Numbered from the stretch's first letter, positions 52,652 to 62,930 are shown. The stretch: DNA of 64,000 nucleotides from a bacterium (GCA_963675755.2 CAXXMD010000001.1:32001-96000); one strand, 5' to 3'. Notes: generated from the sequence alone by a model not told the origin. Numbers and translations: made by a program.

Positions 52652-53416
52652 TTAAAATCCATTAATTAAAAAGCCCCCGTCAACTGCAATACATTGACCG
52701 GTAATATAAGAAGATGCCTGCATGCATAAAAAACATACCACTGAAGATATTTCTTCCGGTTCAGCAATTCTTTGCATGGGTGTACGGTCAAGTATTTCAT
52801 TGAGAGACTTTTCATTATCTATCAAAGGGGCTACCAGGGGTGTGCGGGTATACCATGGAGCAACTGCATTGACACGTATATTATCGGAAACCCATTCAAC
52901 TGCCAGGTTTCGGGTTAACTGATTTAAAGCTGCCTTGCTCATAGCATAGGGAGCACCTGTTTTTAAATGCGTGAATCCTGCAACAGACAATACATTGACC
53001 ACTGAACCGGAACCGGATTTTTTTAACAGGGGCCAAGCTTTCTGACAGAAATCAAATGCCGAATGCAGATTTGTATTCATGATGGTGTTATACTCGGCAG
53101 GGGTATATTCTACGGCTTTTTTTCTGATATTTGTCCCAACATTGTTGACAAGAATATCCATTGTTGGCCATATTTCTTTAATCTGGGTGAATAGATTTTC
53201 ACGATCCTGTTCATTGGATACATCAACTGCCATACCCCATGCATTATAACCTTTTTTTTGCCAGTTTTCAACAAGCTGATTTACCTGATCTTTATTTCTC
53301 GCTGTTATAAAAACTTGCCCACCAAGTCCCAGGATCTCGTTTGCAATGGCTAAGCCAATTCCCCTGGTTCCACCCGTAATCAAGGCCCGCTTGTTTTCAA
53401 GACGCCATTTGTTCAT
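52652..53416 (-). CDS. Short-chain dehydrogenase, tropinone-reductase-like
   Basis: [31 protein letters not shown]. Confidence 0.92.
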   Translation of the reverse strand: MNKWRLENKRALITGGTRGIGLAIANEILGLGGQVFITARNKDQVNQLVENWQKKGYNAWGMAVDVSNEQDRENLFTQIKEIWPTMDILVNNVGTNIRKKAVEYTPAEYNTIMNTNLHSAFDFCQKAWPLLKKSGSGSVVNVLSVAGFTHLKTGAPYAMSKAALNQLTRNLAVEWVSDNIRVNAVAPWYTRTPLVAPLIDNEKSLNEILDRTPMQRIAEPEEISSVVCFLCMQASSYITGQCIAVDGGFLINGF

Positions 53417-53570
53417 TTTTGCCTTTCAATAGAATATAATGAGAGTTATTAAAATAAAGCATAAATTATGTGTTTTTCAAGAAATATTTACGAGTTATGT
53501 GGAAAAATGTATGAATAGGGAAAATGAGTGCAGATGTTGTTTTTTGATCAAAATATGAATTATTATAAAT

Positions 53571-53594
53571 AAAAGCGGGCCAATTTGGCCCGCT
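53571..53594 (-). terminator. Rho-independent terminator
   Basis: agcgggccaa / ttggcccgct stem, T-run on the minus strand. Confidence 0.75.
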
Positions 53595-53612
53595 GGATTG
53601 ATAACTGGTGAT

Positions 53613-56600
53613 TTATTTAAGCAGAATACATTTGACGGTCCGGTTGTATTCCGGTGTTTGCATTCTGATAAAATACGTACCTGAAGAATGTTGCATTGCG
53701 TTCCAGGTGACTGTATATCGTCCCTGGGATTTTTGTTCATCAACAAGCATTTCAACCACGCTTCCGTTAATGTTGAAAATAGTTATGTTGATATGTTGTG
53801 CTTTTGGTACATCAAATGTGATTTGCGTTTGCGGATTAAACGGATTTGGATAATTAGAATACAGTTCAAACCTGTCTGGTGCCGCATTCATATTTGCTAT
53901 CCCGGTTGGAAACGCGACTTTGATAAAATCGGTTTTGGATAGCTTTGCTGTGCCACCTGGTCCTGATACAGTCAGTGTTACAGTAAATGTATCTGCCGAG
54001 GTATATTGGTGTGATGGATTTTGCTCTGAGCTGGATTCGCCATCTCCAAATTCCCATAACCACGATTCAATATTACCTGACGAACTGTCTGAGAATTGAA
54101 CTGTCAGGGGGACCGGACCTTCCATGACATCCGCTCCAAATTTTGCTACAGGTACAGCTTCTGTTACTATTACTGTATCTGATTTGCTGTCAGTACCATC
54201 ACTGCTGTTAACTGTCAAGGTTACCTTGAATGTGTCAACGTATTGAAAAGTATGTGAAGGATTTTGTTCCGTGCTGGATTCTCCATCTCCAAAATCCCAG
54301 TTCCAACTTGTGATATAACCAGTGGATTGGTCCTGAAAGTTTACTACCAGTGGCGCTTCACCCATATCTGTTGACATGGTAAAGTCAGCAACAGGGGGGA
54401 TTCCTGTTGGAATGTCAAGAATGACAATATATTGACTTTCTGCACCCTCTGCGCCAGCTGCCATGTTTCCGCCCAGTACGAGTTCACCTGCCGGTACCTC
54501 TTTTTGCCAAACATTCATGGGTGTGGAAAAATCACTAACCTGAATTTGATAAGCAGATGATGTGTAGTTTTCGGTTAACCAGTTTGGGGGAGACTCTGCC
54601 CGACGATCATAGGCGATGTAAACTGTTCCGGGATTATCTAAATCCAGAGTAATAAACTCTGTATCGGCATTATTTTTGTCTATATTGTTGGGTACAACCC
54701 ATACAAGATTTTCAAGATCATCCGGAATGCCTTCAAGATAATAATTACGATCAAGATAATAGTTGTCGCCTTCCTGCAGATATTTTAATTGATATTCTGC
54801 AGGTGTATTGATTGTGACCTGGCTAATTTCCTGATCATTGATGATCCGGTATGGTTTTAAACTAAAAGAATCTGGTTTAAGAAATCCTGACAGGTTTTCA
54901 TAGCTGAGCGAATGTCCCGGTGGTGTATTGAATCCAAACCAAAGCGACAATTCACCCGGTACCAGTGTTTGGGGATCATCATTGAGAATGATAAACAGTT
55001 CCTGCGTGTTTGCAAAATCTGAAATATTTTCCCAATTTTCTGTATCAACATTATGCTGATTGTTTATTGCATCTCCAATTGCAGCTTGAGGATTATTTAC
55101 ACCACTTCCCAACCCAATTGCCTGAATAGGTGCCTGGTCTAAATTGAGCTGCATTTTAACCGCGGTAACAATGTCAGAATCACTTTTTAAATACATGTTG
55201 AAAATATAGGGAGCAATCAGAATATCTGAAAAATTTTCTGCTCCATCAAGAACCAACATGCAATCCAGTTCTGTTTTTGTTAATGGAAGGTATCCGAAAT
55301 CGACAGTTTCTGAAAGAATTTCAGTTTGAATGTTGTACCCATCAATTATAAAGTGGGCGGGAGGGGCAGAAAATTCATCAAATAAATCATATAGTAATGT
55401 ATTACCGATAGAATTTGAAAAGCCCATCCACAAATAGACAGTTGATGCATGATGAGTAAACAAACCAATGTCCAATTCCATGTAAACATCTGCTGTTGCA
55501 GCATGAGTTGTCAAGTCTTCCCATGACTCTGAAATGGTATGCGCACTGGCCTGGTTGATACCTACCATAGCATTTGGTGATTCTTCATTCATATACGCAT
55601 AGCCTATGGCAGCATCCGGAATACTTTCAAGATGTGAAATGATTTTTGTGAAATTTTCGTTTTCACCAGATTGACTACTTAGAACAAAACGATAAACATA
55701 CGGTTGGTCAAACAATCCATTAAAAGCAGATGCACCATCCGCATCGAGTAAATCATCCAATTGCTCTTTTGTGATATTGTCATAATTGATAGCAATTTCA
55801 TTTTCTTCAAGCGAGATGATTTCGTATCCCTGTACATTTACAGTGACACCTCCGTCTCCCAGTTCCTGGTACAAAAGCTCTGCACCTAAACTGGAACCAA
55901 AGCCAACCCAAAGATTCAATGTGGCTGCAGAATGTACAACCCAATCTTCATCGAGTTCAACAAAAATATTATTGGCATTACAATATGTGGTAATATCTAC
56001 CCACTGGGCATCTGTTTCGAACTGGTAAGAATCTGCATACAATTCTGTACCGGCAACTGCAAATTCCTGTCCGTTAGTCTGTTCCAGTTGACCGATAATC
56101 ACATCTGCGATTTGTCCGAATTGTAATTTATTTTCAGAATTACCTTCGGTTACATTGGGACCACTCAAAGTGATCTGGTAGCAATATTGTTGATTAAACA
56201 GGTTCGCAAACGCACCGGCTCCCTGATTTTGTAATAATTGTTCCAATCCTGATTCTGTGATTGTTGAATAATTTATTGCAACGGATTGATCGATTGCATC
56301 AACAACATTATAACCATCAACCGTAACTTGTACACCACCTGCGGAAAGTTCCTGGTAAAGCAGATCTTCTCCCAGTGAAGTGTTCAAACCAATCCATAAA
56401 TGCAAGATGGCCGATGAATGTTGAATCCAATCTTCCATGAGACCAACATTTACATCGTTGGCATTACAGTATGTTGTAATGTCAATCCATTGTCCATCAG
56501 TGTCGAACTGATACGAATCTACATAGAGTTCAGTTCCAACCTCTGCCATTTCATTTCCGTTGGTTTGATCAAGTTTCCCAACAATTAAGGGTGCTATTTG

Positions 56601-57323
56601 ATCTAATAAAAGTTTGGTAACTGAGCTGCCTTCTGTTACCAGGGGACCTGTCATCGTAATGTGATAGACAAAATCCTGATCAAATTGATCTGATAATGCA
56701 CCTGCACCCGCATTTTGGAGTTGTTGGATCAATCCTGCAGGAGTTATTTGGGAATAATTGATATTTGCTGTTTTATCTATTGCGTCAACAACCTCATAGC
56801 CCTCAATTTCAACCGTAAATCCCCCGGCAGAGATATCCTGATAGGTAAGTTCTGGACCCAATGTTGAACTGAATCCCAACCATAATGCGATTTGAGCGCT
56901 TGAATGTGTTTGATAGTCTTCGTTTAAATCGACAAAAATATCGTTGGCGTTGCAAAATGTGGTAACATCAACCCAGTTAGACGGATCATCCAATTGGTAC
57001 CGGTTTTGTTCAGATGTGCCGACGAATCCGAATTCCAATCCTTCACCATCTAGTAATTTGCCAATAGCAGCATTGGCGGTGTTGTTGAATTGCAGCTGAG
57101 CGTTGGCAGTTTCTTCAGTAACCTGGGGACCGGTAAGTGTGATTTTGTAAATAAAATCAGAATCATCAAAAAGCCCCATAAAAGTAATAGCCCCGTCATC
57201 AGCGAGTTTGCTGCCCATGCCATCACGAACGACTTGTTCATAGGGAATAGGCATTGTTTCTGCATATACTACTGTAAATGAAAATAGAGATAACAGTAAA
57301 CATGCAACATGAGTTAACTTCAT
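53613..57323 (-). CDS. Large secreted acidic protein: 5 tandem ~160-aa repeats, beta domain, 2 PKD domains, C-terminal sorting (T9SS/FlgD-like) domain
   Basis: Signal peptide, repeated LWxG(F/L) motif, WDFGDGESSTEQNPSH and WEFGDGESSSEQNPSH, NYPNPFNP. Confidence 0.85.
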   Translation of the reverse strand: MKLTHVACLLLSLFSFTVVYAETMPIPYEQVVRDGMGSKLADDGAITFMGLFDDSDFIYKITLTGPQVTEETANAQLQFNNTANAAIGKLLDGEGLEFGFVGTSEQNRYQLDDPSNWVDVTTFCNANDIFVDLNEDYQTHSSAQIALWLGFSSTLGPELTYQDISAGGFTVEIEGYEVVDAIDKTANINYSQITPAGLIQQLQNAGAGALSDQFDQDFVYHITMTGPLVTEGSSVTKLLLDQIAPLIVGKLDQTNGNEMAEVGTELYVDSYQFDTDGQWIDITTYCNANDVNVGLMEDWIQHSSAILHLWIGLNTSLGEDLLYQELSAGGVQVTVDGYNVVDAIDQSVAINYSTITESGLEQLLQNQGAGAFANLFNQQYCYQITLSGPNVTEGNSENKLQFGQIADVIIGQLEQTNGQEFAVAGTELYADSYQFETDAQWVDITTYCNANNIFVELDEDWVVHSAATLNLWVGFGSSLGAELLYQELGDGGVTVNVQGYEIISLEENEIAINYDNITKEQLDDLLDADGASAFNGLFDQPYVYRFVLSSQSGENENFTKIISHLESIPDAAIGYAYMNEESPNAMVGINQASAHTISESWEDLTTHAATADVYMELDIGLFTHHASTVYLWMGFSNSIGNTLLYDLFDEFSAPPAHFIIDGYNIQTEILSETVDFGYLPLTKTELDCMLVLDGAENFSDILIAPYIFNMYLKSDSDIVTAVKMQLNLDQAPIQAIGLGSGVNNPQAAIGDAINNQHNVDTENWENISDFANTQELFIILNDDPQTLVPGELSLWFGFNTPPGHSLSYENLSGFLKPDSFSLKPYRIINDQEISQVTINTPAEYQLKYLQEGDNYYLDRNYYLEGIPDDLENLVWVVPNNIDKNNADTEFITLDLDNPGTVYIAYDRRAESPPNWLTENYTSSAYQIQVSDFSTPMNVWQKEVPAGELVLGGNMAAGAEGAESQYIVILDIPTGIPPVADFTMSTDMGEAPLVVNFQDQSTGYITSWNWDFGDGESSTEQNPSHTFQYVDTFKVTLTVNSSDGTDSKSDTVIVTEAVPVAKFGADVMEGPVPLTVQFSDSSSGNIESWLWEFGDGESSSEQNPSHQYTSADTFTVTLTVSGPGGTAKLSKTDFIKVAFPTGIANMNAAPDRFELYSNYPNPFNPQTQITFDVPKAQHINITIFNINGSVVEMLVDEQKSQGRYTVTWNAMQHSSGTYFIRMQTPEYNRTVKCILLK

Positions 57324-57383
57324 TAATCCTCCCAAAGTTATGGTGTGTTGAATGTTTAAAAAATTCCCTGAATCAAATTCAAT

Positions 57384-57400
57384 AGCAAAACATATACCAG
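57384..57400 (-). promoter_or_regulatory. Candidate sigma54 (-24/-12) promoter
   Basis: Minus strand CTGGTATATGTTTTGCT, GG-N10-GC with TTGC, 60 nt before the start codon. Confidence 0.55.
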
Positions 57401-57495
57401 ATTTTACAAATTGAGCAGAAAATAATTATTAATAATTTTTAAAGGAGTTATAATCCTGTGTGGTTTTTGAACAGAATTTGTTGAACTACATCAAC

Positions 57496-58077
57496 TCAAA
57501 ATCTAGTATTGTGAACTGGTAGTATAATTTGTTGACCGTCATTCAGAACGATAACCAGTTTTTGATAATCCCAGTTTTTTTCTTTTTTATCGGCTATAAT
57601 ATAGGCAATACCTGAATTTTTACTGCCATTTACCCTGAAATGTATCTCCGCATGTCCATTTTGGATAGAACCGTTCCACATTTTGCATTCTATGGGCTGC
57701 CCAAGTGCTTTGATAACGTCCGGATTATGAGAAATCTGTTCAACAGCTTGTTGATAAACTGTTGCTTTTGATAATTCATAGCGGATACCAAAGAATAATG
57801 AAGGTGGAAATATTGCCAGAAACAGTAATAAAATAATTATAATTTTAACAAACTTTTGTTCAAAGTGTGAGTCAATGGGATCGTGCTCTAATTCCAGGGC
57901 ATGAAAACCGATTTGTCTGCATTTTGGGCATCGCCGTAATATCAGTTTTTTCCCAAACGTACCTGCACGTACACCAAATGCACGTATACGTACAATCCCT
58001 GCATTTGCGGCATCCTGTGTGAAACCACATTTCCGGCAGCGAAGCTGCCAGCCAGGCGCGTAACCTTTGATATTCAT
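57496..58077 (-). CDS. Zinc-ribbon + TM + Coa1/Tim21-like domain protein
   Basis: CRKC..CPKC; single TM; YQQAVEQISHNPDVIKALGQPI..VNGSKNSG..W. Confidence 0.7.
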   Translation of the reverse strand: MNIKGYAPGWQLRCRKCGFTQDAANAGIVRIRAFGVRAGTFGKKLILRRCPKCRQIGFHALELEHDPIDSHFEQKFVKIIIILLLFLAIFPPSLFFGIRYELSKATVYQQAVEQISHNPDVIKALGQPIECKMWNGSIQNGHAEIHFRVNGSKNSGIAYIIADKKEKNWDYQKLVIVLNDGQQIILPVHNTRF

Positions 58078-58176
58078 AATATGATAACCATTTCTTGAAA
58101 TATAAAGTGTTGTATAATTAAAACAATTTTGATATTTTTAAATATTTCAATAATTAAAAATAATGGGGACAGTTTA

Positions 58177-59223
58177 ATGCGGGGAATTATTTTAACTGGT
58201 TCGGGATTGTTTTTCAGTATTATTTTTCTATTTAACAGTTCATGCTTTAACAAGCAGGATCACGATATAACAAAGCCTAATGTGCCGGAATATATATTAT
58301 CCGGTTCAACATTGGATTATGTGACAGGTGAACCTGTGTCCAATACCCAAATTCGCGTTCAAGGCGTTGCAATGCTGTATGATATCAGTTTTCCCACTCA
58401 AACGATTACCTCTGACAGTGTGGGTAACTATATTATTGATCCTGTGTATCCCGGTAGTTATACTATACAAATTATAAAAGATGATTGTTTGTTAAAACCA
58501 CAAAATATTCAGATTGGCCACGAGGACCGCGAGTTTTCTTTAAATGTTCCGGAAATTCAATATGGTAATGTGTTTCCCCATGCTATAAAGTATGATCTTG
58601 ATGGGATATTCAGAATGGGAAGTAATAAACATCCATGCTTTGCTATTTATGGATTGCAGTGTTTAATCGTTTCCGAGTTTTGTGATATGGGGATTTCACT
58701 GGGGTATTACTTTTGTATTGCCAACCATACGCCAGCAAGGTGGCTTTATAAATCTTTTACAAAAATTGATTTTAATCCATCTGATATTTGGCAGTTAGAA
58801 GTTGACAGAGACCATTATTATGCAATTAAATATCCGGATTCCTTAATGGTTTTTGACAAATGGTCTATGAGCAGAATTGGGACTCATGCATTGGATATTC
58901 CGGTCAAGGATGTTGCATATAATCCCTATGATAAAGCTTTGTATGCCTGTACGGATTCATTATTATATCATTTGGAAGAAAATACATATAAAGCTGTCCT
59001 CGTTTCAGAATTGCCTCTAACTGGGATATCTGCAATGACATGGAATGATGATAAAGTATATTTATTGCGAAAATATGAGGACCTGGTTTATCAAATCAAC
59101 AAACAAATACAAATAGAAAAAATATATACAGTTGTAAATTCTTCTGATAATACTGTTTTGGACGATATTTATGATATACATTTTGACAGTTCTGACAGAT
59201 TCTGGGGAACGATAATGTATTAA
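58177..59223 (+). CDS. Lipoprotein: carboxypeptidase-regulatory-like Ig domain plus beta-rich (propeller-like) domain, copy 1
   Basis: NSSC lipobox; DYVTGEPV, SDSVGNYIIDPVYPGSY; paralogue of 59749-60777. Confidence 0.8.
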   Translation: MRGIILTGSGLFFSIIFLFNSSCFNKQDHDITKPNVPEYILSGSTLDYVTGEPVSNTQIRVQGVAMLYDISFPTQTITSDSVGNYIIDPVYPGSYTIQIIKDDCLLKPQNIQIGHEDREFSLNVPEIQYGNVFPHAIKYDLDGIFRMGSNKHPCFAIYGLQCLIVSEFCDMGISLGYYFCIANHTPARWLYKSFTKIDFNPSDIWQLEVDRDHYYAIKYPDSLMVFDKWSMSRIGTHALDIPVKDVAYNPYDKALYACTDSLLYHLEENTYKAVLVSELPLTGISAMTWNDDKVYLLRKYEDLVYQINKQIQIEKIYTVVNSSDNTVLDDIYDIHFDSSDRFWGTIMY

Positions 59224-59225
59224 TG

Positions 59226-59253
59226 TTCATCCGGGAAGGGTTTCCCGGATGAA
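59226..59253. terminator. Hairpin terminator
   Basis: ttcatccgggaa / ttcccggatgaa perfect 12-bp stem. Confidence 0.75.
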
Positions 59254-59254
59254 T

Positions 59255-59274
59255 TTATGATTTGATCATGCTGT
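59255..59274. repeat. 20-bp direct repeat copy (duplicate of nfo 3' end)
   Basis: ttatgatttgatcatgctgt identical to 60801-60820. Confidence 0.9.
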
Positions 59275-59406
59275 TAAGGGCTAAATTTTAGAATTGGGTA
59301 GATATTTTTTTGCAAATAGATTAACAAGTTATTAGAAAAATAGTTGATTCTCTTATTTTTTTTTTAAATTTTGTTAGTCTTGGGTGGCATAAAAAGGGGT
59401 TGCAAA

Positions 59407-59682
59407 ATGGATAAAATCAAGTCTTTTGGTATTTTTTTGTTATTAACAATAATTATTTATGGTGGTTTACAGATTGTTAAAGTTGAAACTGCCTTGGCTG
59501 ACATTCCACCAGATGCAGGGTGTGCTGCATGGAATCTATGTGGTCATCCGTGGAGTATTAATGAATGTGTGAGATGTTGGTGTGTTGGCGGTGATAATTG
59601 GTTTTGTGAATGCCATAATACTATTGACGATAGATATTATACTGTTTCTGATCCATATGGTTATACTTGTCCAATTCAATAA
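59407..59682 (+). CDS. Small secreted cysteine-rich protein (8 Cys)
   Basis: AAGGGG RBS, hydrophobic leader ending VETALA, 60-aa Cys/Trp-rich mature region. Confidence 0.75.
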   Translation: MDKIKSFGIFLLLTIIIYGGLQIVKVETALADIPPDAGCAAWNLCGHPWSINECVRCWCVGGDNWFCECHNTIDDRYYTVSDPYGYTCPIQ

Positions 59683-59748
59683 CTAATAAGTTAATTTAAT
59701 TTCACCCAAGACAATTATTTTTATTTCAGACATAATTGGAGCTGAATT

Positions 59749-60777
59749 ATGAGGAAATTGAGTTGTATTTATTTAATACTGTGTTTGATTTGTATGTCCT
59801 GTTTTAACAAACAGGACAATGATATAACAAAACCCAATGTACCGGAATATATTTTATCCGGTTCAACATTGGATTATGTGACGGGTGAACCTGTGCCCAA
59901 TGTTGGTGTAAATATTAAAGCTGTAATGTTAAATTATACAGTTGATTTTCCTGAACAATCAGTTCAATCTGATAGTTTAGGAAGATATGTTATAGACCCG
60001 GTTTATCCGGGTGGGTATACAATCAGCGTAGTTAAAGATAATTACAAGCTACACGAAAAGTCAATTCAAATTGAGCACGAGAATAGAGATCTGCTTTTAA
60101 ATATACCGGATATTTATTTTGGTCAAAAATTTCCTATAAATATGGAGCTTGATTTTAATACCAGTTTTATCCACTCAAACTTCGTTCACCCTTGTTTTGC
60201 AATTTATAATTTAGCTGGTTTATTTCCCTCTGAAAAATGGAGCGGGTTGGATTTTTTAGGTTATCATTTTTGCAAAAGTGGATATTTTGATTATACCTGG
60301 AAATGGCAATCTCATATAAAATTAGATTTTGATCCAACAGTGATTTGGCAGATGGAAATTGATCGAAATTTTTATATTGCTATGAAATATCCTGATTCAC
60401 TAATGATTTTTGACAAATGGACATCATCATTGTTGAATACTTTTTCTACAGGAACCATATTGAAGGACATTGCTTACAATCAGTATGATAATACATTATA
60501 TGCTTGTTCAGATTCAATGCTGTATTCGGTTGACATTGCTGGCAAAACTGTGACTGAATTGGCAAATTTACCTTTAACAGGTATACATTCTATGAGTTGG
60601 AATAATAATTTATTGTATTTATATAACAAGACAGAGAATTTGCTTTATAAAGTCAATTTACAACTACAAATCGATAACATATATGCTGTGATCAATCAGT
60701 CAACCGATTTGTTACTTTTGGATATTTATGATATGCATTTCGACAGCATGGACAGGCTTTGGTGTACAACCCTTTAA
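59749..60777 (+). CDS. Lipoprotein: carboxypeptidase-regulatory-like Ig domain plus beta-rich domain, copy 2
   Basis: CMSC lipobox; 33/35 identical N-terminal residues to copy 1, collinear throughout. Confidence 0.8.
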   Translation: MRKLSCIYLILCLICMSCFNKQDNDITKPNVPEYILSGSTLDYVTGEPVPNVGVNIKAVMLNYTVDFPEQSVQSDSLGRYVIDPVYPGGYTISVVKDNYKLHEKSIQIEHENRDLLLNIPDIYFGQKFPINMELDFNTSFIHSNFVHPCFAIYNLAGLFPSEKWSGLDFLGYHFCKSGYFDYTWKWQSHIKLDFDPTVIWQMEIDRNFYIAMKYPDSLMIFDKWTSSLLNTFSTGTILKDIAYNQYDNTLYACSDSMLYSVDIAGKTVTELANLPLTGIHSMSWNNNLLYLYNKTENLLYKVNLQLQIDNIYAVINQSTDLLLLDIYDMHFDSMDRLWCTTL

Positions 60778-60800
60778 TCATTAGTCAAGAGATAAATCAA

Positions 60801-61646
60801 TTATGATTTGATCATGCTGTAGAGTTTTTTAATCTCGTCTGCCCATACTTCGGGTTTTGGGGTTTCGAGTATCATGGGCATATCTTCAAAGCGCGGATCA
60901 TTCATGATGTACGAGAATGGATCCCATCCCAATGTACCTTCGCCCAGGGGAGCGTGACGGTCCACTCGGCTGCCAAGATCGGGTTTGGAATCGTTAAAGT
61001 GCCAGCCTTTGAGATATTTCATACCCACGATTGAATCAAAGTCGGACATGGTTTTGTCGTATGTTTCTTTTGTGCGAAAGTCGTAACCCGCAGTAAATGC
61101 ATGACATGTATCTATACATACGCCAACCCGTGATTTATTTTCAACTTTGTCAATAATGTATGCCAAATGCTCAAAGCGGTGGCCCACATGGTTTCCTTGT
61201 CCCGCGGTATTTTCAATCACTGCGATAACGTTCTCTGTTTTATCAATCGCCATGTTGATGGATTCAGCAATGTTATCCATAGCTTGTTCGTCGGTGATCT
61301 TGCCGAGTCCGCTGCCGGGATGAAAGTTGAGCAGGGTTAGCCCCAATTGTTCGCAGCGCTGCATTTCATCGAAAAAGGCGTTGCGGGATTTTTGCAGAGC
61401 TTCCGGATCGGGAGTACCGAGGTTTATGAGGTAACTATCGTGAGGAAGTATAAATTCAAGATCATAGCCGGTTTCCTCACAATTGGCTTTGAATTTTTCT
61501 ATATTTTCATCGGTCAGGGGTTTGGCGTTCCACTGACGTTGATTTTTGGTAAACAGGGCAAATGCTTTAGCATCTATTTTCTGCGCGTTGAGGGGTGCGT
61601 TTTCAACACCACCGGCTGCGCTTACATGTGCTCCCACTCGTTTCAT
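60801..61646 (-). CDS. nfo: Endonuclease IV
   Basis: [53 protein letters not shown]. Confidence 0.97.
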   Translation of the reverse strand: MKRVGAHVSAAGGVENAPLNAQKIDAKAFALFTKNQRQWNAKPLTDENIEKFKANCEETGYDLEFILPHDSYLINLGTPDPEALQKSRNAFFDEMQRCEQLGLTLLNFHPGSGLGKITDEQAMDNIAESINMAIDKTENVIAVIENTAGQGNHVGHRFEHLAYIIDKVENKSRVGVCIDTCHAFTAGYDFRTKETYDKTMSDFDSIVGMKYLKGWHFNDSKPDLGSRVDRHAPLGEGTLGWDPFSYIMNDPRFEDMPMILETPKPEVWADEIKKLYSMIKS

Positions 61647-61686
61647 GGTACGTCCTTTCGTATGTCAATTGGGATTTTCAAAACAA

Positions 61687-62127
61687 TCATCTTTTCCATC
61701 TTCCAACAATGCCGTACGCATATAATATTCCGATTATCAGTGCAACAATGGAAAATACAATATCACGAATGGGCACAGATGCCGGATTTTGAAAGTGCCA
61801 GATGGTCTGGTGCAGTACGGCTAATCCGCGTAGAATAAAAATAGCGGCAATGGTGAAGAGCCCTGTGCGAAGCAGGGGGAGCTTGCGGATTATTTTAGCA
61901 CCGGACAAGGCATAGAGACCCATTATTATGAATATCAGAGTTACAAAAAGTGTAATCCAAACCGGGTACCACGAACCAGATGTTGCCATATCTGCCATTT
62001 TATCCCCGGCTCCGAAATAGATGTACCATGCGGGACCACCGATAATAATAGCAATGTGCAGTGCGGCAATGGTGAACAGGCATATTGCTGCAATCTTGAA
62101 AGCAATGATTTGTTTTTTTGTTGTCAT
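61687..62127 (-). CDS. Four-TM membrane protein (DUF3995-like)
   Basis: LHIAIIIGGPAWYIYFGAG, YALSGA..LPL, FILRG. Confidence 0.75.
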   Translation of the reverse strand: MTTKKQIIAFKIAAICLFTIAALHIAIIIGGPAWYIYFGAGDKMADMATSGSWYPVWITLFVTLIFIIMGLYALSGAKIIRKLPLLRTGLFTIAAIFILRGLAVLHQTIWHFQNPASVPIRDIVFSIVALIIGILYAYGIVGRWKR

Positions 62128-62434
62128 GATTTTCTCTGAATGTTTGAACAATATGGGGATATTTTATTGTTTTTGCAACGGGATTGTTTGAGATGTTCTA
62201 GATTTGATTACACAATATGCAAGAGAGCCTGAGTAGTGCTGAGCTGGAATTGTCATGTGAAAATGAAATGAAATAAAAGATTGAATTGTCTAACCGATAG
62301 AATTTGACAGATTTTGTTTGATTAGAATTTAAAATTTATTTTTTTGACTTTTCTGACATTGGTTTGATCAAGTGTTTCAATATATAATACAGAATTAATA
62401 ATCTGATGTTTTTTATTACTCATAGGAGGAATCT

Positions 62435-62917
62435 ATGAATTTTTTAAAAAGAATCGCTGTAAAACAATTATTAATAAATCTGATTTTGTTAACGGTAATT
62501 GTTTACAGTCAAGATTATAATATGAACATTAAATTAAAAGACGGGACTATTATTACCTATTCACTAAAGGATATTAAAAACCTGCAATTTCGGGATATAA
62601 CCAGTGGAATTAATGATGATACACAGGAACAGGTAATTGAAAATTTTCAGTTAAAACAAAATCATCCAAATCCATTCAATCCGTCTACTGTTATTGAATA
62701 TCAAATTCCACAATCAGGAAATGTGTGTATTAGTGTCTTTGATGTTCGTGGAAATCTTGTTAAGGAATTAATAAATGACTCACAAAACCAGGGAATGCAC
62801 CAGGTTACCTGGGACGGTACAAATCAGCTTGGTTTAAAAGTTTCGAGCGGTATTTACTTTTATTCTCTCCAATTTGGCAATCAACACCTTGCACGTCAAT
62901 TGCTTTTATTAAAATAA
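62435..62917 (+). CDS. Small secreted protein with C-terminal sorting (T9SS/FlgD-like) domain
   Basis: AGGAGG RBS, signal peptide, QNHPNPFNPST..WDGTN..SGIYFY. Confidence 0.85.
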   Translation: MNFLKRIAVKQLLINLILLTVIVYSQDYNMNIKLKDGTIITYSLKDIKNLQFRDITSGINDDTQEQVIENFQLKQNHPNPFNPSTVIEYQIPQSGNVCISVFDVRGNLVKELINDSQNQGMHQVTWDGTNQLGLKVSSGIYFYSLQFGNQHLARQLLLLK

Positions 62918-62930
62918 GTTTGAGGTAATA

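Noticed and set aside
59385-59404. TGGCA...TTGCA before the Cys-rich gene as a sigma54 promoter
   Set aside because: GG-to-GC spacing is 14 nt, not the required 10
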